64,000 nucleotides of DNA from Eledone cirrhosa (Eukaryota): contig OZ024742.1 of the NCBI GenBank assembly GCA_964016885.1, positions 205,778,001 through 205,842,000 of the forward strand, in the 5' to 3' direction. The notes beneath the pieces were generated by a model. That model was not told where the DNA came from and did no database searches. It saw only the letters and a list, made by a program, of their open reading frames with translations. Shown one piece after another: positions 38,920 to 51,059 of this stretch (positions are counted from its first letter, which is position 1; each line of letters begins with the position of its first letter). A program made the translations under genes and the position numbers.

Positions 38920-40006
38920 AATAAAATAAAAATGGCGTAAACATTACAATAGGAGGAAACATGATAATAGTACCACTGATGATGTTGCAGATGTGCAATG
39001 AAAGCACTTTGTTAGACTATATATAGGTATTTATATCTGTATTTTTAACCGTTGGTCAGTCAATGATAAACATTGATTGCCAAATAAGTTAACTATGGAG
39101 ATATAAAAGATACAGAAGCGAAAACCAACCAAACAGTGACTGTGTTCTGTTATTATTTCTGGCAATATTATTACAACAATATGACCCTTCGCAAGTATAA
39201 CAATATATATATACACATATACATATATATATATATAATCACACACACACATATATATATATATATGTATGTATAAAATCATCATCATCATGACCGTTTA
39301 ACCTCCATTTTTCATGCTAGCATGTGTTAGATGAGTCGTCTTGTTGTGAGCAATGCCAGGTCAGGTGACTATGTCTTGTTCATACAGAACTGATTTTGGC
39401 TTGGCTTCTACAGCTAGATGCCCTTCCTAATGTCAACCACATTTACAGTGAGTATTGTGTGCTTTTTGTCATGACATCTACATGACCACTTTAGAGTCTG
39501 GCCTGGGCGCTTTTTGTCATGACATCTACACAACCACTTTACAGTGTGGGTTGGGTGCTTTTTGTTGTGACGCCTACATGACCACTTTACAGTGTGGACT
39601 GGAGGCCTCACTAGATGTATGCTTCAGCATACATCTAGTGAGGCCTCCAGCCTCGTAGGGGATGTATGGGAAGGTGGGGTGGTGCCTACTATATATATGC
39701 TTCAACTTCAGCCTGTGCCCATGGGAAGGTGGGTTTTCTGTATTGCTGCATAATACCAGAAATCTCGGTCCTGTGTCATTGTCTTTGAGAGGTGCAATTG
39801 GGCAAGGTCAGCTTTTATCACCTCATCCCAGTATATCAGCAGACTGGCCAGTCAATTTCCTGTCTGCTGGTATGCAAATCTGGCTGATCAGTGGATCTGC
39901 TAATATGCAAATCTGCCTGATCAGCTAGTCTGCTAATATGCAAATCAGGTCGATCAGTCACTGTATATCTTAGAAAATATCATATACTAGCTCTGACAGT
40001 TGTCAG

Positions 40007-40071
40007 GTGAACAGTGAACTGTATGATGAAGGGTAATACCCAGAAACATTAGTGTCTGCGGTTCTGTTTAC
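40007..40071 (+). ncRNA. Type I hammerhead ribozyme, copy 1 (core C3 deleted)
   Basis: GAACTGTA-(C)TGATGA-AGGGTAATACCCA-GAAAC-ATTAGT-GTC^-TGCGGTTC; stems I, II and III pair. Confidence 0.72.
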
Positions 40072-40446
40072 ATGCCAACACAAGAGCAAGAATGAGGGGC
40101 TCATTCTACTGACATGGCTTTAAAAATGAGGCTTGTTTGCATAACTGCAAACAAATCAAATATTATTATTAATATTTGAAAAACTTAAATTACATTTATT
40201 GTATTCAGCCATGTAGAGCGAAAATCTTTTTTTTTTAAATTTGAATATGGCAAAGCCGGCCATTGATCGCTTGTATACAGGAAACTGACTGGCCAGTCTG
40301 CTGATATGCAAATCTGGATGATCAGTAGGTCTGCTAATATGCAGATCTGACTGATTAGCCAGTCTGCTAATATGCAAATCAGGCCGATCAGTCACTGTAT
40401 ATTTTAGAAAATAGTATATATTTTCACTAGCTCTGACAGTTGGCAG

Positions 40447-40512
40447 GTGAACAGTGAACTGTACCGATGAAGGGTAATACCCAGAAACATTAGTGTCTGC
40501 AGTTCTGTTTAC
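40447..40512 (+). ncRNA. Type I hammerhead ribozyme, copy 2 (core U4 to C)
   Basis: GAACTGTA-CCGATGA-AGGGTAATACCCA-GAAAC-ATTAGT-GTC^-TGCAGTTC. Stem I extends via GTTGGCAGGTGAACAG / CTGTTTACATGCCAAC. Confidence 0.75.
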
Positions 40513-41777
40513 ATGCCAACACAAGAGCAAGAATGAGAGGCTCATTCTACTGACATGGCTTTGAAAATGAGGCTTGTTTGCATAATTGCAAACAAATCGA
40601 ATATTATTATTAATATTCGAAAAACTCAGATTACATTTATTGTATTCAGCCATGTAGAGCGAAAATTCTTTTTTTAAATTATATATATATATATTTCTTA
40701 ATTTATCCTTTTAATTGAGTCTAGCAAACCATATTATTCTTAGTATTTTCTTCACTCTAGCGGTTTTACATCCCTTGTGATATATGTATATATATGTGTT
40801 TGTCTCTCTTTATTATATTATATATATATGTGTGTGTGTATATGTATGTATGCTGTATGTGTATATGTAAGTATACACACACATAAACACACATATATGG
40901 AACTTTATAGAAGAAAGTCAAGATTTTATGAACTAGGTTACAATTATTTATATTAGTTAATTTAACTCTTGACATTTTAATTAAAATAACTTGCTATAAA
41001 AAAATTTCGAGGAGTAAGTTGAATTATTGAAAATATTAATCAAGAATGTTCTTAATTTGTAAAATAAATAGCTTAGATTTGTTTTTATTACACATTTTAT
41101 TTATTTTGTTCTTTAATGCAGAAAAAGAAAACAAAACATAATTGAGAATCCACAATGGAAATAAATGTATGCTTATCTTTAGAAATTTAACAGCCAGGAT
41201 TTGTTGTTAAAACATTTGAAACCAGGATAGAGAGAAAGTTTAGAATTTTCTATGATTCTACCATATTGATGATTTTTTATATGAAGATATACATCAAACT
41301 TAAACAAATAAAAATTCGGTGTTTTTACAGCTATTTTATTTTATTTTACATTTTTCTACCTTAAGAACAGTGTATTTAGCAGGACAGTGTATTTACCAGG
41401 ACAATGTATTTACCAGGATGACATGGTTGTAATCTATAGCTTTTACCCAAACAGCTTGGTACTGATCAAGTAATATTTGCAACTCAGCAAAGTGCCTCTA
41501 AAAAATTCTTGCTTTATCAACAGAAGGATCAGTTAAGTTAGACAAACTTGCTTTCAGCCAGCTTTTTTTAATAGGGTAGCACCCTGCTGAGATGAATCGA
41601 TGGCCTAGATTCAATTCTTGGTTGGAGACATTTGAGTTCACTTAGCCAGCTAATGCTCTCATAAAAGCATCACCATCACATAAGCCTATTCTCCTCCATT
41701 ATAATCCTGATGTCTCGTGTCTATGCAAGAAATTAATATCATGTATAATCACTTATGATACATATGGATTGACTATC

Positions 41778-43204
41778 AGTATACTTTTATTCCGTAACTT
41801 GAGCAATTTGCTGGTTGTTGATTGTGAGTTGGAGATTGGCATTGTTTTTATCAGTTGTCATACACTTTGTTTTGGAGATGTTGATGTGCAAGCCAGCTTC
41901 CAGCGAATGTTTGGCCAGTACATTCAGAAAGTCTTGCAGATCAGTTCTAGAGTAACTCATGATGGCCAGATCGTCTGCATAGCTAAGATTTGATAGGATT
42001 TTACCTCCTATTTGATAGCTAGAGGAGCATTTTTTTTCAGTAGATAAGTGCAGCTATTACTATACAGAAAAAAAGTGCTGATACTACATCCCCCTGCTTA
42101 ACTCCCTTCAAGATGTCTATACACCGTGTAGTTCCCAAATCTGTTTTTAAATATGCTGTTGAGTTGGTGTAAGTTTCTTTCAGTAGGTTGATGTATTTTT
42201 TGTTAATTGAGGTCTTGTTTAAGAGTTGACACAAGCTGGGCAATTTCACGTCAAAAGCTTTTGTGATGGCAATGAAGGTGATGTGCACAGGGTTGTTGAA
42301 TTCTATTGATTTCTCAATGATTTGTTCAATAGCTAGGATCTGCTCAATGGTGCCTCTTCCAGGTTGATACACAGCTTGTGGTTCAGGAAATGAGGCGTAA
42401 AGGTCTGACTTCACTCGTGCTGCAATGATACTCATGAAAAGCTTGTAAACATGACTCAATAGGCTGATAGGGCGATAGTTCCCACAATCAAATCTGCTAC
42501 ATTTTTTGTAGAGTACAACCATTAATGCTTTATTGAACACGCCTGGTGCTTTGATAATTGGTTCACCTCCAGCTTTGATGAATTCTGAATATATATTGTC
42601 CAGTCCAGGGCTTTTTCCTTGCTTCAAATTTTTACGGAGTTTGTATATCTCAGTCACAAACTATTATCCAACAACATTGGAATGGTTGCTGCGCAGTATT
42701 ACATTGCTCTAGGTTGGGCAGCTTTTAGCAAGAACAAGGAAGTACTAAACGAGTTTCCTATCATTTGAAGGATAAGATCTTTGATACTTACATCCTACCA
42801 GTTGTGTCTTGACTGTGTTAATTGGATGACAAGGTCACTTCAGAAGCGCTCTACATTCCAGATCCACATCATAAGATTCATGACTGTATCAGTGAGCTGC
42901 TTAACATTACCAGACTTAGACCAGTTACATCAATTGTCAAGTCAAGAGTACACAAACTATACGGTCATATAAAAAGATCAAGTCATGGTGTGAGTAGGTT
43001 ATGACTGGAAGGAAGGTTGGCTAGTAAGAGAAGCAGAGGCCGGCAGCCAAAACGATGGCTTGATAATGTCAACCTATGGATTGGACTTGATCTTTTCTCT
43101 TTAAACTGTGCTGTTACTGATCAAACTTTGTGGAAAACAATATCTCATGTTGATGTGCAGTCTGCAACTGGCAGAGTTTAGCATCAAAGTAGTATACTTT
43201 TATT
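41778..43204. mobile_element. RTE-clade LINE insertion with 5' inversion and 14-bp TSD
   Basis: RT core on minus at about 41792-42660 (GKSPGLDNI, CGNYRPISLLS, GVKQGDVVS, SYADD). RT 3' part on plus at 42660-43185 (LGWAAFSK, LYGHIKR, RSRGRQPKRWLD). TSD AGTATACTTTTATT at 41778-41791 and 43191-43204. Confidence 0.88.
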
Positions 43205-43264
43205 TATTTTAGTTATTTGACTGCAACTATGCCTAGGTAGTGCATTCAATGGTTTAGAACAGTA

Positions 43265-46200
43265 CAGAAATGAATTATCACGATACAGTACAGTATAGAC
43301 ATAAATTATCATCATATAATACAGTATAGACATGAAGTACAGTATAGTATAGACATGAATTACCATGATACATTACAGTATAGACATGAATTACCATGAT
43401 ACAGTATAGTATAGACATGAATTACCATGATACATTACAGTATAGACATGAATTACCATAATACAGTATAGTACAGACATGAATTACCATGATACAGTAT
43501 AGTATAGACATGAATTACCAAGATACATTACAGTATAGACATGAATTACTAGGATACAGAATAGTATAGACATGAATTACCATGATACAGTATAGTATAG
43601 ACATGAATTACCATGATACATTACAGTATAGACATGAATTACCATGATACAGTATAGACATGAATTACCAAGATACAGTATAGTATAGACATGAATTACC
43701 ATGATATAGTATATAGATGAATTACCAAGATACAGTATAGTAGAGACATGAATTACCAAGATATAGTATAGACATGAATTACCATGATACAGTATAGTAT
43801 AGGCATGAATTACCACGATATAGTACAGTAAAGTCATGAATTACCATGATACAGTATAGACATGAATTACCATGATACATTACAGTATAGACATGAATTA
43901 CCAAGATACAGTATAGTATAGACATGAATTACCATGATACAGTATAGACATGAATTACCATGATACATTACAGTATAGACATGAATTACCAAGATACAGT
44001 ATAGTATAGACATGAATTACCATGATACAGTATAGACATGAATTACCAAGATACAGTATAGTATAGACATGAATTACCATGATACAGTATAATATAGACA
44101 TGAATTACCATGATACAGTATAGACATGAATTACCAAGATACAGTATAGTATAGACATGAATTACCAAGATACAGTATAGTATAGACATGAATTACCATG
44201 ATACAGTATAGACATGAATTACCAAGATACAGTATAGTATAGACATGAATTACCAAGATACAGTATAGTATAGACATGAATTACCATGATACAGTATAGT
44301 ATAGACATGAATTACCAAGATAGGGTACAGTATAGACATGAATTATCAAGATACAGTACAGACATGAATTATCAAGATACAGTATAGTATAGACATGAAT
44401 TACCATGATACAGTATAGACATGAATTACCATGATAGAGTATAGTATAGACATGAATTACCATGATACAGTACAGTATAGACATAAATTACTATGATACA
44501 GTATAGTATAGACATGAATTACCATGATACGGTATAGACATGAATTACCAAGATACAGTATAGTATAGACATGAATTACCAAGATACAGTATAGTATAGA
44601 CATGAATTACCAAGATACAGTATAGACATGAATTACCAAGATACAGTATAGTATAGACATGAATTACCAAGATACAGTATAGACATGAATTACCAAGATA
44701 CAGTATAGTATAGACCTGAATTACCATGATACAGTATAGACATGAATTACCAAGATACAGTATAGTATAGACATGAATTACCATGATATAGTACAGTACA
44801 GACATGAATTACAATGATACAGTATAGACATGAATTACATGATACAATATAGTATAGACATGAATTACCATGATACAGTATAGTATAGACATGAATTACA
44901 TGATACAATATAGTATAGACATGAATTACATGATACAATATAGTATAGACATGAATTACATGATACAATATAGTATAGACATGAATTACATGATACAATA
45001 TAGTATAGACATGAATTACCAAGATACAGTATAGTATAGACATGAATTACCATGATACAGTATAGACATGAATTACCAAGATACAGTATAGTACAGACAT
45101 GAATTACAATGATATAGTACAGTACAGACATGAATTACAATGATACAGTATAGACATGAATTACATGATACAATATAGTATAGACATGAATTACCATGAT
45201 ACAGTATAGTATAGACATGAATTACAATGATACAGTTCAGTATAGACATTAATTACCATGATACAGTATAGACATGAATTACCATGATACAGTATAGTAT
45301 AGGCATGAATTACCATGATACAGTACAGTACAGACAGGAATTAGCATGATACAGTATAGTATAGATATTAATTACCATGATACAGTACAGTATAGATATT
45401 AATTACCATGATACAGTACAGTATAGACATGAATTACCATGATACAGTATAGTATAGACATGAATTACCAAGATACAGTACAGTATAGACATGAATTACC
45501 ATGATACAGTATAGTATAGACATGAATTACCATGATACAGTATAGTATAGACATGAATTACAATGATACAGTACAGTATAGACATGAATTATCATGATAC
45601 AGTACAGTATAGACATGAATTACCATGATACATTTCCGTATAGATATTAATTACCAACATACAGCATAGTTTAGAGATGAAATACCATGATACAGTACAG
45701 TATAGACATTAATTACCAAGAGACGGTATAGTATAGACATTAATTACCATGATACAGTACAGTACATACATGAATTACCATGATACAGTATAGACATGAA
45801 TTACCAAGATACAGTATAGTATAGACTTGAATTACCATGATACAGTGTAGTATAGACATGAATTGCCATGATACAGTAGAGTATAGACATGAATTACCAT
45901 GATACAGTATAATATAGACATGAATTACAATGATACAGTATAGTATAGACATGATTTGCCATGATACAGTACAGTATATTATAGACATGAATTGCCATGA
46001 TACAGTATAGTATAGACATGAATTACCATGATACAGTACAGACATGAATTACCAAGATACAGTATAGTATATACATGAATTACCATGATACAGTAGAGTA
46101 TAGACATGAATTACGAAGATACCATATAGTACAGACATGTTTTACAATGATACAATATAGTACAGACATGAATTGCCATGATACAGGACAGTAAAGTTAT

Positions 46201-47790
46201 GAAATACAATGATACAGTAGAGTACAGACAAGAATTACTATGATAAAGTACAGTATAGACATGAATTACCATGATACAGTATAGTATAGACATGAATTAC
46301 CATGATACAGTATAGTATAGACATGAATTACAATGATACAGTACAGTATAGACATGAATTACAATGATACAGTATAGTATAGACATGAATTACCATGATA
46401 CAGTATAGTATAGACATGAATTACAATGATACAGTACAGTATAGACATGAATTACAATGATACAGTATAGTATAGACATGAATTACCATGATACAGTATA
46501 ATATAGACATGAATTACCATGATGTAATACAGTATAGACATGAATTACCATGATACAGTACAGTACAGACATGAATTACCAAGATACAGTACAGTATAGA
46601 CATGAATTACCATGATACAGTATAATATAGACATGAATTACCAAGATACAGTATGGTATAGACATGAATTACCATGATACAGTATAATATAGACATGAAT
46701 TACCATGATACAGTACAGTAAAGTTATGAAATACAATGATACAGTAGAGTACAGACAAGAATTACCATGATAAAGTACAGTATAGACATGAATTACCATG
46801 ATACAGTATAGTATAGACATGAATTACCAAGATACAGTATAGTATAGACATGAATTACCGTGATACAGTATAGTATAGGCATGAATTACCATGATACAGT
46901 ATAGACATGAATTACCATGATACAGTACAGTACAGACATGAATTACCATGATACAGTACAGTGCAGACATGAATTACCATGATACAGTATAGTATAGACA
47001 TGAATTACCATGATACAGTATAGTATAGACATGAATTACCATGATACAGTATAGACATGAATTACCATGATACAGTATAGTACAGACATGAATTACCATG
47101 ATACAGTACAGTGCAGACATGAATTACCATGATACAGTATAGTATAGACGTGAATTACCATGATACAGTATAGTATAGACATGAATTACCATGATATAGT
47201 ATAATATAGACATGAATTACCATGATATAGTACAGTACAGACATGAATTACCATGATAAAGTACAGTATAGACATGAATTACCATGATACAGTATAGTAT
47301 AGACATGAATTACCATGATACAGTATAGTATAGACATGAATTACCATGATACAGTATAGTATAGACATGAATTACCATGATACAGTATAGTATAGACATG
47401 AATTACCATGATACAGTATAGTATAGACATGAATTACCATGATACAGTACAGTATAGACATGAATTACCATGATACAGTATAGTATAGACATGAATTACC
47501 ATGATACAGTATAACATAGACATGAATTACCATGATACAGTATAGTATAGACATGAATTACCATGATACAGTATAGACATGAATTACCAAGATACAGTAT
47601 AGTATAGACATGAATTACCATGATACAGTATAGTACAGACATGAATTACCATGTAGCAGTATAGTATAGGCATGAATTACCATGATACAGTATAGTATAG
47701 ACATGAATTACCATGATACAGTATAGTATAGACATGTATAGTAAAGTTCTGTTGAGTCATCAGTTACCAAGATACAGTACAGTAGTCATC
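43265..47790. repeat. Satellite/minisatellite, 31-bp unit GACATGAATTACCATGATACAGTATAGTATA with 26- and 30-bp variants, roughly 150 units
   Basis: Directly visible head-to-tail array with no unique spacers. Confidence 0.97.
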
Positions 47791-48761
47791 AATTACCAAC
47801 GACTCATAAAATTATAAGATATGAATTATCACATTCAGGAATAGAGGAGTATTATTCTGATATTGTATACCAGAGAACCCCTATACTATAGAATGAAACA
47901 GGACCAGAACAATTCAAAGTACTATAATTATCCATTACAATAGAAAAATGCAATGATTTAATATGACCTCAATATTTGAGTACAGAGCAATATGAAATGT
48001 TAATGATTTGTGCATATCTGTTAAGTACACCAGCCTACATACAATAAATTGTGTGTGTGTGTGTGTGCTGACATGAATAAAGCAACATCATCATCATGAT
48101 CATTGTGTAACATCTATCTTCTATGCTAGCAAAGGAATGGCATTTGTCTTAAAGTCAAAAGACACCATTCATTCATCTTATTTGAACTGATTTTATCTAT
48201 CACCAGAAACTAAACTGAATAGGAAGACAACATACTAATTGAAGTTGTTTACTGAAGTGTAAGCATCAACAGCTACATAAGGGCAGTTTCTTCTTCAATC
48301 AATCATAGAAGGATATAGCCGCCTTAGTGACTGTTTCAGTGAAAAGAAGAAAAAAATACTACTTGTGTAGAAATGAAAGAAAATGGACATTCAGGTTTAT
48401 CGTATCCAGAAAAATGAAGTGAATGGCTTGGAATTAATATATGTAATATTTTTAGGCAATCATTCATAACAATTTTCTTCTCTTAGTGTGGCAAATCTTT
48501 TAATACAAATTGGCAAACAGAAGCTAAACACATTATACTAAGTTACCAATTAAAGATGCAATTGTTATTCTGTCCTGTTGAAATATATAAATAAGTAAAC
48601 ATTTTTTTTACGTAGGTACAAAGCCAGAAATTTTGAAGGGAAGAAAGAGTCAATCATATTGAATCCAGTATTTGTCTGGTGTTTATTTTATTGACCCCCA
48701 AGGATGAAAGGTAAAGTCAAACTTGGTAGTATTTTGAAATCAGAATGTAAAATGCAGGAAC

Positions 48762-48911
48762 CAGTACTGGATTTACCATTGTGATTAGGTGTGTTTAAGC
48801 ACAGAGCCCCACTGGCCAGTGGAAGGGGGTCCATCTTCCTGCCAGATTTTTTTTTCTTTCAGGGTTCAAGTAAGGGGCCTCATAACTTAACTAGTACTAA
48901 ATCCAGTACTG
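48762..48911. mobile_element. hAT-like MITE inserted in an old SINE
   Basis: 14-bp perfect TIR CAGTACTGGATTTA / TAAATCCAGTACTG; degenerate 8-bp flanks GCAGGAAC / TCTAGAAC. Confidence 0.6.
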
Positions 48912-49789
48912 TCTAGAACAGATACCACCTCAAGACTTCTCATCTAACACTGTTATGATATGATGCTTTATTTTATTGACCCTGAAAGGTAAAACTAATC
49001 TTGGTAGGATTGGAACTTGGAACACAGAGAGCCAGAACAAATACTACAAAGTACTCCACCAATGCTCTAATGACTCTATCAATTCACTGTTTTTTTTATT
49101 GTCATTAAATATAATTTATATTTTTTCTTTTCAAAACTTAATGTCATTTAAATTGATTGGAAATTTGTTGTGTCAGGTCTATTTGTTATTAGTTGTTGCA
49201 TTGCTCTGTTTATGTGAACACAGCATAGCTCAATGGTTAAGAGGTCTGTTTCGCAATCATAAAGTTCGATTCCACTGTATGGGATCTTGGGCAAGTGTCA
49301 GTTACCATAGTGTTGGGTTAACCCATGCCTTGTTAATGAAATGAATAAATGTAAACTGAAATTCACCAGCCTTGTAATAAATTGGGTCATGCTGAATTTC
49401 CTTGAAAATTATATTAACAGTACACATGACTGTGGAAAGCTCAGCCACTTACATGTTTATTTCATAAGGAAGCTGTTCTCCTGGAACACGTCACCATTGC
49501 CACCACAACCACCACTATCAACAACAGCAGCAGTGACAGCAACAACAATGGCAGAAACAGCAATAACAAGAACAACCACAACAATAGCAACAAAAACGGT
49601 GGCAGTAGCAGCAACAACAACTGCAACAACAAAAGCAACAACCGCAACAATAACGGTAGCAGTACCAGAATCAGAAACAACAATCACAACAACAATATCT
49701 AACAGAGGCACCATTCCACTAATTTAGAGTTGATTAGATACTCGACTGATACTTATTTTACCAGTGAACAGAACTATAGTCAAGAAAAT

Positions 49790-50202
49790 AAATGCTTCTA
49801 CGTTTGGATGAAGGGAAGAGAAAAATCGATTGAATCAACCCCAGTACCTTACTGGTACTTTATATTATCGACCTCGTAAGGATGAAAGGCAAAGCTAACT
49901 TCAGCGGCATTTGAACTCAGAACATAAAGGACCGTAACTATATGCCCCAAAGTATGTTGTCTGACGCTCTACCAATTACTGCCATTCCACAACCCTTACT
50001 ACGAAAATAATTGTTTCTACTTTAGGCACAAGGCCAGCAATTACCCAGTGCATTACTGGTACTTTATTTTATCGACCCCGTAAGGATGAAAGGCAAAGTC
50101 AACCTCGGCGGGATTTGAACTCAGATCATAAAGGGACGTAACTATGCTGGAAAGCGTGGCGTCCGACGCTCTACCGATACTGCCAATCCACACGAAAATA
50201 AT
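49790..50202 (-). mobile_element. Two adjacent SINE family A copies; the young one has an 11-bp TSD
   Basis: TSD ACGAAAATAAT at 50001-50011 and 50192-50202. Confidence 0.88.
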
Positions 50203-50876
50203 GACACAATTTTGGTTAAGACGAAGTCACAGGAAATAATGTCACAAATTATTTAAAGTAATAAACTAGAGGGGTTCGCTTCCCAATCACACAGTTTCCG
50301 GACCAGCCCCACGGTGTGGAACCTTGGACCAGTGATTTCTACTCGGGTTTTAACCTCAGAGTGACCAGTGGTTTGAGAGTAAAATGTGGTAGCCAGAAAC
50401 TGAGTAGAAGCCCATCGTATACACACGCACACATTCTATAACATTGTCATGTTGGTCACACGACAAAAAAGCACCCAGTCAACCCTGCAAGGTTCTCTTG
50501 CTGTTAACACGATGAAAAAGTACCCAGTCCAACCTATCAGTTGGTTGTTTTGGTGCCATGATAAAAAAAACACCCAGTCCATGCTGTAAATGGGGTTGGC
50601 GTTAGAAACCAGGCCATCTGATTGGACTTGTCTCACAACAGGACAACTTGTCTAACCCATACTAACATGGTAAATTGACATTAAACAGTGATGATGATGA
50701 TGATGATGATGATGATATATGTGTGTGTGTGTGTGTGTTTGTGTCTGTAAGCTCATGTCTTTGTTTATATTTGCTGTTTGCTAATGGGTGAAACAAGTAA
50801 AAGAACTAAAAAAAAAAGATAATCTATATACAAATCCAAATTTTAAAATATAATAAAAGTGTCACAACTAGTAATC

Positions 50877-51059
50877 TACGAGAGCAGGCTGGAAAGTTCA
50901 TAGGCTGACCATAAAGGAGTGATGCTAGGGCTATGAAATCTTACATGCATTATTTTCAACTCGTCTTATTAATAACTGCATTTTTCTTTCCAAGGACTAT
51001 GTTGGTCATTCCATGAGAGTATCTTGGACAGCCTATGAACTTTTCAGCTGACCTACATA
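50877..51059. mobile_element. Tc1/mariner-type MITE (same family as 37757)
   Basis: TACGAGAGCAGGCTGGAAAGTTCATAGGCTG ... CAGCCTATGAACTTTTCAGCTGACCTACATA. Confidence 0.75.

Larger units (their letters stand above)
39840..40680 (+). mobile_element. Tandem non-coding repeat of about 440 bp (about 2 units) with hammerhead ribozymes; retrozyme or Penelope pLTR-like
   Basis: Direct repeats 39840-40245 and 40285-40680. Each holds three 33-bp subrepeats and one type I hammerhead fold. Confidence 0.75.

Noticed and set aside
40156-40653. 165-aa minus-strand ORF over the tandem repeat
   Set aside because: No recognisable motifs; the conserved hammerhead fold on the plus strand explains the region better.
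43265-47790. CRISPR-like array, or coding ORFs (VIHVYTILYH repeats)
   Set aside because: Units are contiguous with no unique spacers and no cas genes are present. The ORFs are by-products of the satellite.
49341-49727. Thr/Ala-rich ORF (also 31003-31185, 7669-7851, 36181-36687)
   Set aside because: Trinucleotide microsatellites that stay open in several frames; no domain evidence.
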